DNA from: a phage
NCBI GenBank assembly: GCA_025726505.1
Contig: GCA_025726505.1_4340.1
Length of the DNA: 42,918 bases
Strand: one strand, 5' to 3'
Position numbers and translations under genes: made by a program. The notes under the pieces are model-generated. The model saw only the letters and a list, made by a program, of their open reading frames with translations. It was not told the DNA's origin and made no database searches. Numbering within the stretch: the first letter of the stretch is position 1; each line of letters opens with the position of its first letter. Positions 24,942 to 34,284 of the stretch are shown piece by piece.

Positions 24942-25314
24942 CTTCTCTGCCCTCAAATATTCCGTCTAAGCCCATGATAACCTCGGCTTCGAACAAACTT
25001 ATGCCGTAACCGGCGACATCACGAAACGCTACCAAATCTTGCCATTTGAGCGCATCGCGCGGGATTATAACGATAGTATCATCTGTTTCGCGCTGTAGGA
25101 ATTTAATGGCACGGTATTTCTCGAACACGTCGATAAGAGAAACGGGGCATTCCGGCCCCGTCGCTTCTTTCATCTGCGGTTCTTTAATCACGCCCATTGC
25201 AATCAAAGCCGCCTGGTGGCCCGCCGCGATGTCGTCGAATTGCTTACGTTTGTGGCGGTCGACAAAGCACCATTGCGCAAATTCATACAGCGCTTTTACT
25301 TTTCCGAGAGTTTC
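24934..25314 (-). CDS. Tail assembly chaperone T-frame extension (probable G-T fusion by -1 frameshift)
   Basis: Frame -1 relative to chaperone G is open from 25314 to 24934; G and T frames overlap 19 nt containing GGAAAAG (25305-25299). Confidence 0.45.
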   Translation of the reverse strand, partial: ETLGKVKALYEFAQWCFVDRHKRKQFDDIAAGHQAALIAMGVIKEPQMKEATGPECPVSLIDVFEKYRAIKFLQRETDDTIVIIPRDALKWQDLVAFRDVAGYGISLFEAEVIMGLDGIFEGREDG

Positions 25315-25712
25315 TCACGGCTATCGGTGTGATGCTTAACTACGGCCTCTGCCAACCCACTGTACTGGTCGAACAGGTTAGCAAGCGCCTCTTTGCTGAA
25401 TGGTTCGTCGAATGACCAACCGGTGACGATTTCCACGGCAAGCTGCTTGTTCAGGTCCATCACCCGCCAGCCCTTCTCATCATTATAGCGCGCCCAGTTA
25501 TTCAGCGCCTCGCACTCTTTATCTAATGGCGCAAGTTCTTCCGTAAGGCGTCGAATTGCCGTTGTGTAGGCACGGCCCGCACGAACACCAGCGTCACAAT
25601 CGGGGCCGATGACCTGCAACCATTCACCGGAATCTTTACCACTGGGCAGAAGGATAGGCATTTTAGTACCGGCGGCGTGGCGGTCGGCAAAATAGAAATC
25701 AGAAAGTTTCAT
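25296..25712 (-). CDS. Tail assembly chaperone (lambda G-like)
   Basis: 138-aa ORF immediately upstream of tape measure gene; slippery heptamer at its 3' end. Confidence 0.6.
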   Translation of the reverse strand: MKLSDFYFADRHAAGTKMPILLPSGKDSGEWLQVIGPDCDAGVRAGRAYTTAIRRLTEELAPLDKECEALNNWARYNDEKGWRVMDLNKQLAVEIVTGWSFDEPFSKEALANLFDQYSGLAEAVVKHHTDSREKLSEK

Positions 25713-25819
25713 TCTTTAGTCCTTTGGTTAAGAGGTTACTGGTTATGGTTAATGCGCCAGGCGGGAACCACCCGCTTTTCGTGTGCGACACTAGGCGCAA
25801 ACTTATTCTAGCACACTAC

Positions 25820-25848
25820 TTGCACACCCCAATATAATAGGGTACTAT
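25820..25848 (+). promoter_or_regulatory. Promoter-like element copy E (TTGCAC-N17-TACTAT)
   Basis: TTGCAC (25820-25825), spacer ACCCCAATATAATAGGG, TACTAT (25843-25848); 28 nt upstream of ATG 25877. Confidence 0.55.
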
Positions 25849-25876
25849 TCACATGTAACTTACTGAGGAAATAATT

Positions 25877-26203
25877 ATGCGTAAATTAGTACTAGCTCTG
25901 GGTTTTATGTCTTTTGCTACTTTTGGGTCTCCGTGCGAACAGGTATTTAGTGAATCTGTTCTTATGACTTCTGGTGTGCTCGAGAAAGCCGACCCTACTA
26001 TTGTAAAGGCGTTCAAGGACTCTACAGTTCGCGAGTGTGAGGCCGCCGTGGAGGTTGGTAAATCGGGCCTACCCCCGCAGGCCGTAACCTACACAGTGAT
26101 ACGTTCGGTAGAGAAAAACGGAGATGCTTTCTATAGCCTACTGACAGCCACCCGTCTGCAAATGGTAATGACAGGGTGGGCGATAGGCGCAGAAAGTAAA
26201 TAG
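25877..26203 (+). CDS. Small secreted/periplasmic protein (signal peptide)
   Basis: 108-aa product with N-terminus MRKLVLALGFMSFATFGSPC; two Cys; GAGGAA RBS. Confidence 0.6.
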   Translation: MRKLVLALGFMSFATFGSPCEQVFSESVLMTSGVLEKADPTIVKAFKDSTVRECEAAVEVGKSGLPPQAVTYTVIRSVEKNGDAFYSLLTATRLQMVMTGWAIGAESK

Positions 26204-26268
26204 TCGCCTTTATTTAAAGGAATGCACTGTGGTTAAATAGGACAAATCCTAAACACGAGGAAGTAAGC

Positions 26269-27399
26269 ATGGCCCAGAAGAAAATAACCGACGAACAGTT
26301 ACAGGAAGAATTGAACGCCGGGATGAAGATTATTGATATCGCCCGTAAATACGGCATCTCAGACCGCGTTATTCGTATCCGTAAAGCGAAGCTGGCTAAG
26401 AAAGGTGTAGGCCACGGGCGCGACGTTAGTCACCTTGTGCCGGACGGCTACAAGATTAAAGGCACGTCGTCCCTGGTGGACGAGTTCGGCAACACTAAGT
26501 TGCAATGGGTTAAGACTGACACCGATGCTGAACGTCAGGTCGAGTTGATGAAAGCCGTAATTGAAGGCATGAAGTCAGAGATTACACCTGTTGCGCCGGT
26601 TAAAGCCGTTCGCACCAAACGCGACGACAAGCTGCTCAACCTTTACACCGTGTCAGATTTCCATCTCGGTATGCTGGCATGGGCCGACGAGAGCGGCGAC
26701 GACTGGGATATGAAGATTGCGGAAGGCCTGTTCTCTCGATGGTTCGACGCGGCGTTTCAGAAAGCGCCGGACGCGGGAACAGGTGTTATTAACCTGCTAG
26801 GTGACCTTGCGCACTTCGATAGTCTGGTTGCCGTTACACCCGCAAGCGGTCACGCCCTTGACGCCGACACCCGTTATCAGAAACTTGTCCGTTACATGAT
26901 TCGTATGGTCCGCCGTGTCGTTGATATGGCGTTGGTTAAGCATAAAAATGTTCGCTTGCTTATCGTGCAAGGGAATCACGACGAATCGGGTATGATTTGG
27001 TTGGCTGAGATGTTCAGTACGCTGTACGACAATGAGCCGCGCGTGTTCGTCGATACGTCGCCGGATGTTTACAAGATGGTGCAACACGGCAAAACTACGC
27101 TGTTCTTCCATCACGGGCATAAAGCACGATTCGACGCTATCGAGCCTGTGATGATTGCCAAGTTCCGCAAAGCGTTCGGCGAGAGCGTCTATAGTTACGC
27201 ACATGTAGGACACCTTCACCACCAGAAGATTGTTGAAAGCCGTAATATGGTTGTCGAACAACATCGCACCCTGGCGGCTAAAGACGCCTACGCCTCCCGA
27301 GGCGGCTGGATGTCAGGTCGTAGTGCAAATGTAATTACTTATAGCGCCGAATACGGCGAGGTCGCACGTTTAACTATTTCACCGGAGATGCTGGGATGA
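26269..27399 (+). CDS. HTH-domain fused to calcineurin-like metallophosphoesterase
   Basis: N-terminal HTH (IIDIARKYGISDRVIRIRKAK) then phosphoesterase motifs SDFHLG, GDLAHFD, QGNHDE, FFHHGH, HVGHLHH; GAGGAAG RBS. Confidence 0.75.
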   Translation: MAQKKITDEQLQEELNAGMKIIDIARKYGISDRVIRIRKAKLAKKGVGHGRDVSHLVPDGYKIKGTSSLVDEFGNTKLQWVKTDTDAERQVELMKAVIEGMKSEITPVAPVKAVRTKRDDKLLNLYTVSDFHLGMLAWADESGDDWDMKIAEGLFSRWFDAAFQKAPDAGTGVINLLGDLAHFDSLVAVTPASGHALDADTRYQKLVRYMIRMVRRVVDMALVKHKNVRLLIVQGNHDESGMIWLAEMFSTLYDNEPRVFVDTSPDVYKMVQHGKTTLFFHHGHKARFDAIEPVMIAKFRKAFGESVYSYAHVGHLHHQKIVESRNMVVEQHRTLAAKDAYASRGGWMSGRSANVITYSAEYGEVARLTISPEMLG

Positions 27400-27629
27400 T
27401 TAAAGCCTTGTGGATTTTCGTCATAATGCCGATTGTTATTTTACTGGTTTTATCTATCGCGGTGATAGGCATGGCGACGGTCTTAACCTTTATCTCTATG
27501 GATTTGTCCGTGTTCTCTGGCCTGTACGAAGCTGTTACTGCGATAGCGCCGACCGCGATGCGTCTTTTATATGTAGGTGCTGTTGCTATTTCGGCAGTTA
27601 TCGTTCTGATTGATGAGAGCTATTTATGA
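27396..27629 (+). CDS. Small polytopic membrane protein
   Basis: 77-aa product, almost entirely hydrophobic; ATGA-coupled on both sides. Confidence 0.6.
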   Translation: MIKALWIFVIMPIVILLVLSIAVIGMATVLTFISMDLSVFSGLYEAVTAIAPTAMRLLYVGAVAISAVIVLIDESYL

Positions 27630-27856
27630 CTTCAAAATACGACCGAACTATGACAAACACCCACGGCAGTACAATGACTGTTGATGTCTACGATGTGCTC
27701 CGCGCTTTCGACATCCGCGACCCGGCGTTACAGCACGCATTGAAAAAGCTGTTGTGTATGGGGCTACGCGGACACAAAGACACAGGTACAGACTTAGACG
27801 AGGCAATAGAAAGTCTGGAGAAGTTACGGGAATACCGGAGTAATATTGATGAGTGA
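27626..27856 (+). CDS. Hypothetical protein
   Basis: 76-aa ORF, ATGA overlap with membrane protein gene. Confidence 0.5.
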   Translation: MTSKYDRTMTNTHGSTMTVDVYDVLRAFDIRDPALQHALKKLLCMGLRGHKDTGTDLDEAIESLEKLREYRSNIDE

Positions 27857-28025
27857 GACCGTAATGAAAACAATATACGTAATCCGTGTATATGACGAAG
27901 AATGGGATGAGTGGGTTGACATCTACGCCGTTGGGAGTAAGGAAGAAGCGTCAAAAGAAATGACGGAAAGAAGTGACCGAGGTCAGTTAACTAACTTCTA
28001 TGAAATGCCATTCAAAAGTGAATAA
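27849..28025 (+). CDS. Candidate 58-aa hypothetical protein
   Basis: ATG 27849 overlaps upstream stop; ends 6 nt before the bidirectional terminator. Confidence 0.35.
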   Translation: MSETVMKTIYVIRVYDEEWDEWVDIYAVGSKEEASKEMTERSDRGQLTNFYEMPFKSE

Positions 28026-28031
28026 GAAAAA

Positions 28032-28047
28032 GGCCCCGAGAGGGGCC
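28032..28047. terminator. Bidirectional terminator at strand switch
   Basis: GGCCCC-GAGA-GGGGCC, nearly identical to the 15934-15951 hairpin; between island end and tail tube stop (28054). Confidence 0.7.
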
Positions 28048-28053
28048 TTAGTT

Positions 28054-29220
28054 TTATGCGTAACTAATACGTTGAATTACGATAGACGACTGGTACTGGT
28101 TGCCGGTAGCCTGACCTTCAATGGACTGAGTGATTGATTCCGGGCCAGATATTTCTGGCGTAACAGCCGTAAGCTCTGCGCGTTTCAGGCTGAAAGACAT
28201 AGCCCCGTTTACCCCCGCCAGAATAGAGTTAATCTCTACCTGCTGCTCGTTGATAAACTTCTGAATCATCGCCATGTCATACAGCTTACCGGAGATAGAG
28301 AACGTGTTAGCTGCGCGGCTACGTTCCACAAACGCTACGTTAGTGTTACCAAGTTCGAACTGTGCGGACGCGCTGTTATCGTTGGTGATGGTCAGACTGT
28401 CGCAACGCAACGGCGTAGAGCCATCAAACACAGAAACGTCAACCGAGGAGAATGGCTCATCACCAAACGTGACAGAGGAGAAGTTGGAACCAGACGGTGG
28501 CGTAGTAAGAATCTCCTGGCTACGTCCGATGAATGGGAAGCTGCCGGTCACCATAGCGTTAACTGCCTGCTCAATAGTGAAACCAGAAACTTCCACGCCT
28601 TTGGTTAACGTGTACGCGTTAGTACCGCCGCACTGGCCTTTGTACCAGGTAAGGATAGAGAACGTCTTACACGCGTTACCGGTTTCCAGCGTGTCGCCGG
28701 TTTTAGCCTTACTAGTTTTTGTCTCGGTGGTCAGGGTGTGTTGGATGCCCGCACCAGTAACAACCGTAGCCGTTACTGCAGTAACAATAAATGGTTTTGC
28801 GTTATCGCCTGTTAAATCGGTAAATGCAATCAGGTCGCCTACCCCAACTCCGTCAGTGATAAAACTGCCGGTAGCGCGTGTGAACGTCTTGCCCGCCGGT
28901 GCGACCGTAATCGACAGACTGGACAGGGAAACACCGGATTGCCACGTAGAGCCTAAAGCACCAGCCAGCCAGTCATCCTGGCTTTTCGAGCTAAGCTCGA
29001 TCGCGTATTCACCGCTAACCTGTTTGTTACCGGTGCGGATGGATGTAGTTTCACGGCTGCCGTCCAGTTCGTTGGATGTCAGCGTGTCGCGGGTGATAGC
29101 AGGGACACCGCCAGTGTTACGCAACGGTGACCAGACCGGGTTAGTCGGTGTTACGCCCGGGGTGACTTCCGCCACATAGAATTGCGCGGTATTCGCGCCC
29201 TTAAAAGGAGTTGTAGCCAT
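28054..29220 (-). CDS. Major tail (tube) protein
   Basis: 388-aa Thr/Ser/Gly-rich protein between neck genes and tail chaperone; ATG 29220 with AAGAGG RBS (track GTG 29226). Confidence 0.6.
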   Translation of the reverse strand: MATTPFKGANTAQFYVAEVTPGVTPTNPVWSPLRNTGGVPAITRDTLTSNELDGSRETTSIRTGNKQVSGEYAIELSSKSQDDWLAGALGSTWQSGVSLSSLSITVAPAGKTFTRATGSFITDGVGVGDLIAFTDLTGDNAKPFIVTAVTATVVTGAGIQHTLTTETKTSKAKTGDTLETGNACKTFSILTWYKGQCGGTNAYTLTKGVEVSGFTIEQAVNAMVTGSFPFIGRSQEILTTPPSGSNFSSVTFGDEPFSSVDVSVFDGSTPLRCDSLTITNDNSASAQFELGNTNVAFVERSRAANTFSISGKLYDMAMIQKFINEQQVEINSILAGVNGAMSFSLKRAELTAVTPEISGPESITQSIEGQATGNQYQSSIVIQRISYA

Positions 29221-29222
29221 AT

Positions 29223-29639
29223 TCACAGCCTCTTGGTGAATGCAATAAAGTTAATTGACAATGGTCGTTTGGCCCATCCGTTTTCTACAATCAGCGGCCC
29301 CAGGCTAACCGATTGAACCTCGGCGCAGATGTCGTTACGCGAAAATGACTTACCTGCTTTAAACGCCGTGTTAAGTAAGTCTGCCATTTTATTGATTGGC
29401 GCGCTACCTTTCACCGATGCGTAGTTAATGTCGACCTGATAAACACCTGAGCGTTGTTCCGTGAAGAACAAATCCGCCTGCTCGGTATCTGCCAGCAACA
29501 TGTAACTTGCCAGATACGGCGTATCGGTTGACGTCGGCGCGTCGATGTTTTCAAGCGCAACCTTGATGCTGTTTGCAGCCCCGAATGCTACCAGCGGCAC
29601 ATCGAACGCTTTTGTTAAGTCCTCAAAGTAGCCCATCAT
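29223..29639 (-). CDS. Tail terminator / neck protein (positional)
   Basis: 138-aa ORF directly upstream of tail tube gene. Confidence 0.45.
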   Translation of the reverse strand: MMGYFEDLTKAFDVPLVAFGAANSIKVALENIDAPTSTDTPYLASYMLLADTEQADLFFTEQRSGVYQVDINYASVKGSAPINKMADLLNTAFKAGKSFSRNDICAEVQSVSLGPLIVENGWAKRPLSINFIAFTKRL

Positions 29640-30031
29640 TTCACCTTGTTGGCTTCTTCGTTAATGAGTTGCTGGAAGCGGGACACGTTAGTCCTGACAA
29701 CCCCGGCGGGGGCCTGTTGCGACCAACCATACTCAAGCCGTTGGGCATACGGCAGGTTATTTGTCAGCGTGAACTCGTGCCAGTCTGCGGCTTTCAGCAC
29801 GAAACCTGTAGCGTTTCCGATTGCTATGTTTCCTGATTTATCCGTAGCATCTGTAACCCCGAAAGCAGGAGTGCCGCCAGATACCATCCAGTTCATACGA
29901 AAGCGGCCTGTATCTACCGGACTCGCCTTTATGATAGCGGAAAACAGCTTGATAGACACCTGACGCATCACCTTCTCGGGATTCTTCTTCGCCTTTTCCA
30001 CGAACTTAGAGACATCAAGCGCGAAACTCAT
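29636..30031 (-). CDS. Tail completion protein, HK97 gp10-like
   Basis: 131-aa product with NNLPYAQRLEYGWS, resembling the gp10-family motif as recalled. Confidence 0.55.
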   Translation of the reverse strand: MSFALDVSKFVEKAKKNPEKVMRQVSIKLFSAIIKASPVDTGRFRMNWMVSGGTPAFGVTDATDKSGNIAIGNATGFVLKAADWHEFTLTNNLPYAQRLEYGWSQQAPAGVVRTNVSRFQQLINEEANKVK

Positions 30032-30387
30032 TTTCTCACCTGAATAAAATACGCCACGACATCATCGTTAACCATCTTCTTCTCGATAGCTACGACAGAC
30101 CATTGCTCGCCGCCGAATTGTACCTTGTCCTCTAGCTTCGGAACGACGCTGTAATCGGCTTTAACAATCATGTCGCCAGCCTGAATCGTCGTACCGTTTA
30201 CCAGCCCCGCATTAACCGGAACCGGAACGGCCTTCAACGGCAACACTTCATCCGCAGACCAGACGTATTCGCCTAGAACTTCATCCCATACTTTCGAGCC
30301 AGCGCGAATCAGAGATACCGTGCTGCCGAATTTGGTCAGCAGTCGTGTACCAACGCCCTGCATACGTTTACTAAAGGCGGTGCTCAT
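30028..30387 (-). CDS. Head-tail joining / head closure protein (positional)
   Basis: 119-aa ORF in the neck gene block. Confidence 0.45.
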   Translation of the reverse strand: MSTAFSKRMQGVGTRLLTKFGSTVSLIRAGSKVWDEVLGEYVWSADEVLPLKAVPVPVNAGLVNGTTIQAGDMIVKADYSVVPKLEDKVQFGGEQWSVVAIEKKMVNDDVVAYFIQVRK

Positions 30388-31001
30388 TACGCGGCCTCCA
30401 GTCTAGAAATAACCAGTAGCGCGGATGGTGCTGTGCCCCATGCAGTTACGGTAGCCGCTTGTGGGTATACGCCGCCGAAGTTACTCCCGGCGCTATCCCG
30501 CATAATCTGAACGGCGAACGTCTGGCCTGCGGTCGGGTTAATAACGACGCGGGATTCAATCGGAATTGTGGTGTCGGCACTTACCAGTTTTGTAGCAGCA
30601 GGAGAGCCATACTGAGCACCGTTGAGAAGAATACGCGATAGCAGGATAGACGTGCCGCTTGCCCCAGTGCGCCCGGCCTGTAACTTGATGCGAACGGCGT
30701 AGTTACCTGCGGTGTTGAACGTAACCAGCCCTGCGGCATTAATCATTACCGGGTCAGATGCGCTTCCCTGAGCAGAGCCGAAAGTTAACTGCAATGCTGT
30801 ATCTACTGCGGTAGGCGCTTGTGTTACGGTAGACGCCGCACGGAGAACTTCGACCTCTTTAACGCCAGGAGTGGCGTAAATAGGGGAGTCTGCCATCTGT
30901 GTTAGTACCGTGCGTAACTTCGCTGGAGTGATAAGCCCGGTTGTGTTGTCGGGCAGCTCTGAACCGATAAGGGTAAACATCTCTGTTTTAGTTTTCGCCA
31001 T
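30387..31001 (-). CDS. Structural protein of unknown role
   Basis: 204-aa Ala/Thr/Gly-rich ORF in head-neck block. Confidence 0.45.
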   Translation of the reverse strand: MAKTKTEMFTLIGSELPDNTTGLITPAKLRTVLTQMADSPIYATPGVKEVEVLRAASTVTQAPTAVDTALQLTFGSAQGSASDPVMINAAGLVTFNTAGNYAVRIKLQAGRTGASGTSILLSRILLNGAQYGSPAATKLVSADTTIPIESRVVINPTAGQTFAVQIMRDSAGSNFGGVYPQAATVTAWGTAPSALLVISRLEAA

Positions 31002-31003
31002 TT

Positions 31004-31516
31004 TTAGCCCCGGTACACGTTAAATGAGAAGCCATTGTTAAGACCACCACACAGTAACGGGCGTAAGGCATCGTCCGCGGCGGTAATTGCGGTCGTAGCG
31101 CCACTACTGCCGTTGTTGAAGTAGGTGACGGTTACTGTGCCCTCTACGCGCTCTGTCTGTACAGCGCGCCCATCTGAGTTAGCTCGTACCTCAGTACCCG
31201 TGCCATACGTAACGGCGGCGATTACCTGCGCAAGAATCACCTGCTTCGGGATGACATTGTTCTCTACAGGGAAGCCATTCAACGTTACGCCGGCGCGTGG
31301 GTAAGCGAGAGACTGTTCGGCGGATACGCGGCGGCCGCACATCTGCGGTTCTGCAAGCCCGACATAAGTAGCACCGTTGCGCAAGGCTACTTCCGCAGCG
31401 GTATCGTCTTCTGGCAGCTCAAGGCCATAATTAGCCGCTAACGCGCGGGCGTCCGCTAGTGAGATGTACGAATCAGCATTCGGGATGATTGCCCCCGTTT
31501 CCACGATTAGCGGCAT
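31004..31516 (-). CDS. Head-tail connector/adaptor protein (gp6-like N-terminus)
   Basis: 170-aa product; N-terminal ISLADARALAANYGLELPEDDTAAEVAL resembles head-tail connector proteins. Confidence 0.5.
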   Translation of the reverse strand: MPLIVETGAIIPNADSYISLADARALAANYGLELPEDDTAAEVALRNGATYVGLAEPQMCGRRVSAEQSLAYPRAGVTLNGFPVENNVIPKQVILAQVIAAVTYGTGTEVRANSDGRAVQTERVEGTVTVTYFNNGSSGATTAITAADDALRPLLCGGLNNGFSFNVYRG

Positions 31517-31519
31517 AAA

Positions 31520-31699
31520 TTATTCCTCTGACTTACGGCGACGACGCTTAGTACCACCGCCGTTGTTGTGCGCTTCTTCGTTGTCCGGTTGGGTGGCAAC
31601 CAGTTCATCAGCTTCTACAACACCGCGAACAGGCATCACCTGACCATCAACAACGTCAACGTGGGTGTACTTTTCACGGATTACATAATTATCTGCCAT
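31520..31699 (-). CDS. Candidate 59-aa hypothetical protein
   Basis: MADNYVIREKYTHVDVVDGQVMPVRGV...KRRRRKSEE; one residue below track cutoff. Confidence 0.4.
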   Translation of the reverse strand: MADNYVIREKYTHVDVVDGQVMPVRGVVEADELVATQPDNEEAHNNGGGTKRRRRKSEE

Positions 31700-31735
31700 G
31701 ACCTTTCCTTATTACGGCCCCGAAGGGCCGTTGTA

Positions 31736-32077
31736 TTAAGACACAGTTGCTACAGTGCTGCTGGAGATAATATTACCATACACATCGTGAACAACCACTT
31801 TATACGTACCAGAATCGGTGGTAGCGAGCGAAGTTTTCTCGTAGGTGGAGGCGTTGGCACCAGGGATAGCGTTGTTATTCTTATACCACTGGTAAGAGTA
31901 CGGCTCGAGTCCACCAACTACAACTACGGTAAGAGTCATCGTCTGCCCAGTAGACTTGGTAGTGGTAGCGTCAAGCGCAGTAGAGAAAGACGCAGGGGCG
32001 ATATTCGCCATATTGATTTTAGCGCCTACGGTATCGGCGGACACACCGGTAACACGACGTTTAATTACATCAACCAT
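31736..32077 (-). CDS. Ig-like domain protein (probable capsid decoration)
   Basis: 113-aa product with Ig-like signature LEPYSYQWYKNNNAI...DSGTYKVVVHD. Confidence 0.6.
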   Translation of the reverse strand: MVDVIKRRVTGVSADTVGAKINMANIAPASFSTALDATTTKSTGQTMTLTVVVVGGLEPYSYQWYKNNNAIPGANASTYEKTSLATTDSGTYKVVVHDVYGNIISSSTVATVS

Positions 32078-32089
32078 TTTTAAGCTCCT

Positions 32090-32389
32090 TTAGCTTACGG
32101 TTCCTGCGTTTTTAAGCGCAGTCAACAGATTTGCTACGGTAGTGCGCAGCGCGGTTACATCAGTTCGAAGTTTGTTGTACTCCGCTACAAGAGCATCGAA
32201 CTCGGTCTTAGTCGGGGCATCAGCAGACTGCGCTCCTTCACCAGCAGTAATGGCCGCGGGGGCGGCTACAGTAGCTGACTTTTTAACCCCGCCAACTACG
32301 CTGGTAGTAGCCGGCGTTACTGGGATGTCAAAGTCGCCGAAGTCGACATTCTGGAGACTACGCGGTAAGCCTTTTCCGGTCTTAGCCAT
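32090..32389 (-). CDS. Hypothetical structural protein
   Basis: 99-aa ORF immediately downstream of major capsid gene; Ala/Thr-rich. Confidence 0.45.
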   Translation of the reverse strand: MAKTGKGLPRSLQNVDFGDFDIPVTPATTSVVGGVKKSATVAAPAAITAGEGAQSADAPTKTEFDALVAEYNKLRTDVTALRTTVANLLTALKNAGTVS

Positions 32390-32448
32390 AATTTACCTCT
32401 TAGTAAATGAAAAGAGGGACCGAAGTCCCTCCCGATTATAGCTTAACC

Positions 32449-33498
32449 TTAAGCACCGACACCAGTTACCAGGAAGGCAATAGGTACATGCTTACGGTCA
32501 ACAACGCGGTTCCAGTTGGAGGCGTTTGCCAGGTCCTGCCAGGAAGCAGAGCGTGCTACGGTTTCAGTACCGTTACCGGTGATTACCGCACTGGTGAAGC
32601 TGTAGCCCAGTGGGTGCAGCAACCAGGTCTTACGGGTCCACAGGGTTTCAACACCGCCGCCGTTACCGCGAGACGCTTCACGCTCGTATTCCAGAGGGTT
32701 GGACGGGTTGCCCTCGCCGTAACCGATAGCACCGTTGCCGAAGATGATGGAGATGAACTTACGGCTAGAGCCAGTGCCGACTACGGTCATGCTGTCGTCA
32801 ACAATCACGCGGTAGCCCTGGTAGGTGGCAAACATGGTGTTGTTGTCGGCATCACGGATGAAGTCGATGAGCTGTTGCTTACGCGCCTGTGCATACACAA
32901 AGCTGTGCATCGCGATTGCACCCAGCACTTCACCGCTGTTACCCATCAACGCATCACCCATGGTCTGGGTAGCATCAATGAACGCACCGGAATCGAATCC
33001 CAGAGTTGCAGACACGTCGATAACCATGTCGTTCTGCTCGTGGTAGGCATCGGTAGCCGTTACGTTGTCGTTGTACAGACCGAGGGCGGTAGCAATCAGA
33101 CGGCGCTGAGCCTGACGCTGCCAGAAGTTATCCAGACGAGAGGCAACAGATTGCAGCGGGTTCTGGCTGGTCAGTTCAACAGTCAGGTCAGCTTGTCCGA
33201 AACCTTCGTTCAGATAAGCGACGCGCGCCATCATCTCACCGGTTTGTACGTTGCGCGGAGTGGCGATGTCCTGGTATACATCGTTCGAGTAGTTCGGCTC
33301 GATAGAAGTATCAATCGCTTTCCAGAAAGGAATATTAGCGATGCTGGACGGGCCACGAGCAATATCTGCTGCGTACGGGGTAGGGGTCAGGATGCCGGAC
33401 TGGAAGAACGCGGTTTTCTCTACCGGGTCCTCAGTCATATAAGACAGAAGGACGGGTACGTTGCCAGTTACGATATCGCCGATAGTGGTAATTGCCAT
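32449..33498 (-). CDS. Major capsid protein
   Basis: 349-aa ORF directly downstream of scaffold gene; GAGGA RBS; size and position typical of HK97-fold capsid proteins. Confidence 0.75.
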   Translation of the reverse strand: MAITTIGDIVTGNVPVLLSYMTEDPVEKTAFFQSGILTPTPYAADIARGPSSIANIPFWKAIDTSIEPNYSNDVYQDIATPRNVQTGEMMARVAYLNEGFGQADLTVELTSQNPLQSVASRLDNFWQRQAQRRLIATALGLYNDNVTATDAYHEQNDMVIDVSATLGFDSGAFIDATQTMGDALMGNSGEVLGAIAMHSFVYAQARKQQLIDFIRDADNNTMFATYQGYRVIVDDSMTVVGTGSSRKFISIIFGNGAIGYGEGNPSNPLEYEREASRGNGGGVETLWTRKTWLLHPLGYSFTSAVITGNGTETVARSASWQDLANASNWNRVVDRKHVPIAFLVTGVGA

Positions 33499-33500
33499 TA

Positions 33501-34202
33501 TTATTTCCTCAGGGCTTTAAGTTGCCGTTCAAATTCGGCAGGGTTCGATTTGTACAGAGCTAAACGCTCCGCTTCGTTCATATCTTTAAACGCTGGTGCG
33601 GCCCCGCCGCCTTTGCCGCCGGAAGCCCCGCCGCCGGAAGCTGCATTTGCTTTAATCAAATGCGAAAACGCTTTGTGTTCACGCAGGTATTTGCGGAACT
33701 GTTCCGGGTCAGTCGTGATTACGTTGCCATCTGCGCCGACAAACTTAGTAACCACATCATCACCTTCAAACTCAGTCTTAACGAACGGCGCAAGAATGTC
33801 TACTGCTTCGGGGGTGATGAAGTCACCCGCGAAAGAGCCTAACACCGCTTTACGTTCGCTGCCGAGGATGCGCTCTGCCATTTTGGAGATGCGACCATCT
33901 TTCTCGGCTAACACCGGGTCATACTGGCTACGAATCGTCTTTTCGAACTCGTCCATCTTACCAGCGGCTTTCAAAGCCTCCTGGTGTGCACGCTGCCGCT
34001 CTTCTTCAGCCTCTTTTGCTTTACGAGCAGCTTCTTTCTTCTCGTTCAGCAATGCTTCCTGGTTAGCCTTAAGCCCCGCAACTTCTTTCTCAATCAGCGC
34101 TTGAACTTCTTCGGCTGTGTACATTTTAGGAGCGTCACCGCCACCTGATTTATCTTCTGCTCCAGCTTCTTCCTGGAACGGATAACGTAAAAAACGATTC
34201 AT
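33501..34202 (-). CDS. Scaffolding protein
   Basis: Charged coiled-coil product (LKANQEALLNEKKEAARKAKEAEEERQRAHQEALKAAGK) upstream of capsid gene; start placed at ATG 34202 (track TTG 34256). Confidence 0.6.
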   Translation of the reverse strand: MNRFLRYPFQEEAGAEDKSGGGDAPKMYTAEEVQALIEKEVAGLKANQEALLNEKKEAARKAKEAEEERQRAHQEALKAAGKMDEFEKTIRSQYDPVLAEKDGRISKMAERILGSERKAVLGSFAGDFITPEAVDILAPFVKTEFEGDDVVTKFVGADGNVITTDPEQFRKYLREHKAFSHLIKANAASGGGASGGKGGGAAPAFKDMNEAERLALYKSNPAEFERQLKALRK

Positions 34203-34284
34203 AGTCAGTATGTCCCCTGGACGTTGGAACCCGGGCCACCCGGATTTACATGTCAAGAATAAATTATTCCAACATGCAAGGCAA

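Noticed and set aside
28274-29179. 301-aa plus-strand ORF
   Set aside because: Entirely antisense to the tail tube gene; no RBS; low-complexity product.
32407-34104. 565-aa plus-strand ORF spanning the capsid and scaffold region
   Set aside because: Runs antisense to two well-supported minus-strand genes; product is low-complexity (Ser/Ala/Arg/Val-rich) with no start context. Long antisense frames are expected opposite genes that avoid TTA/CTA/TCA codons.
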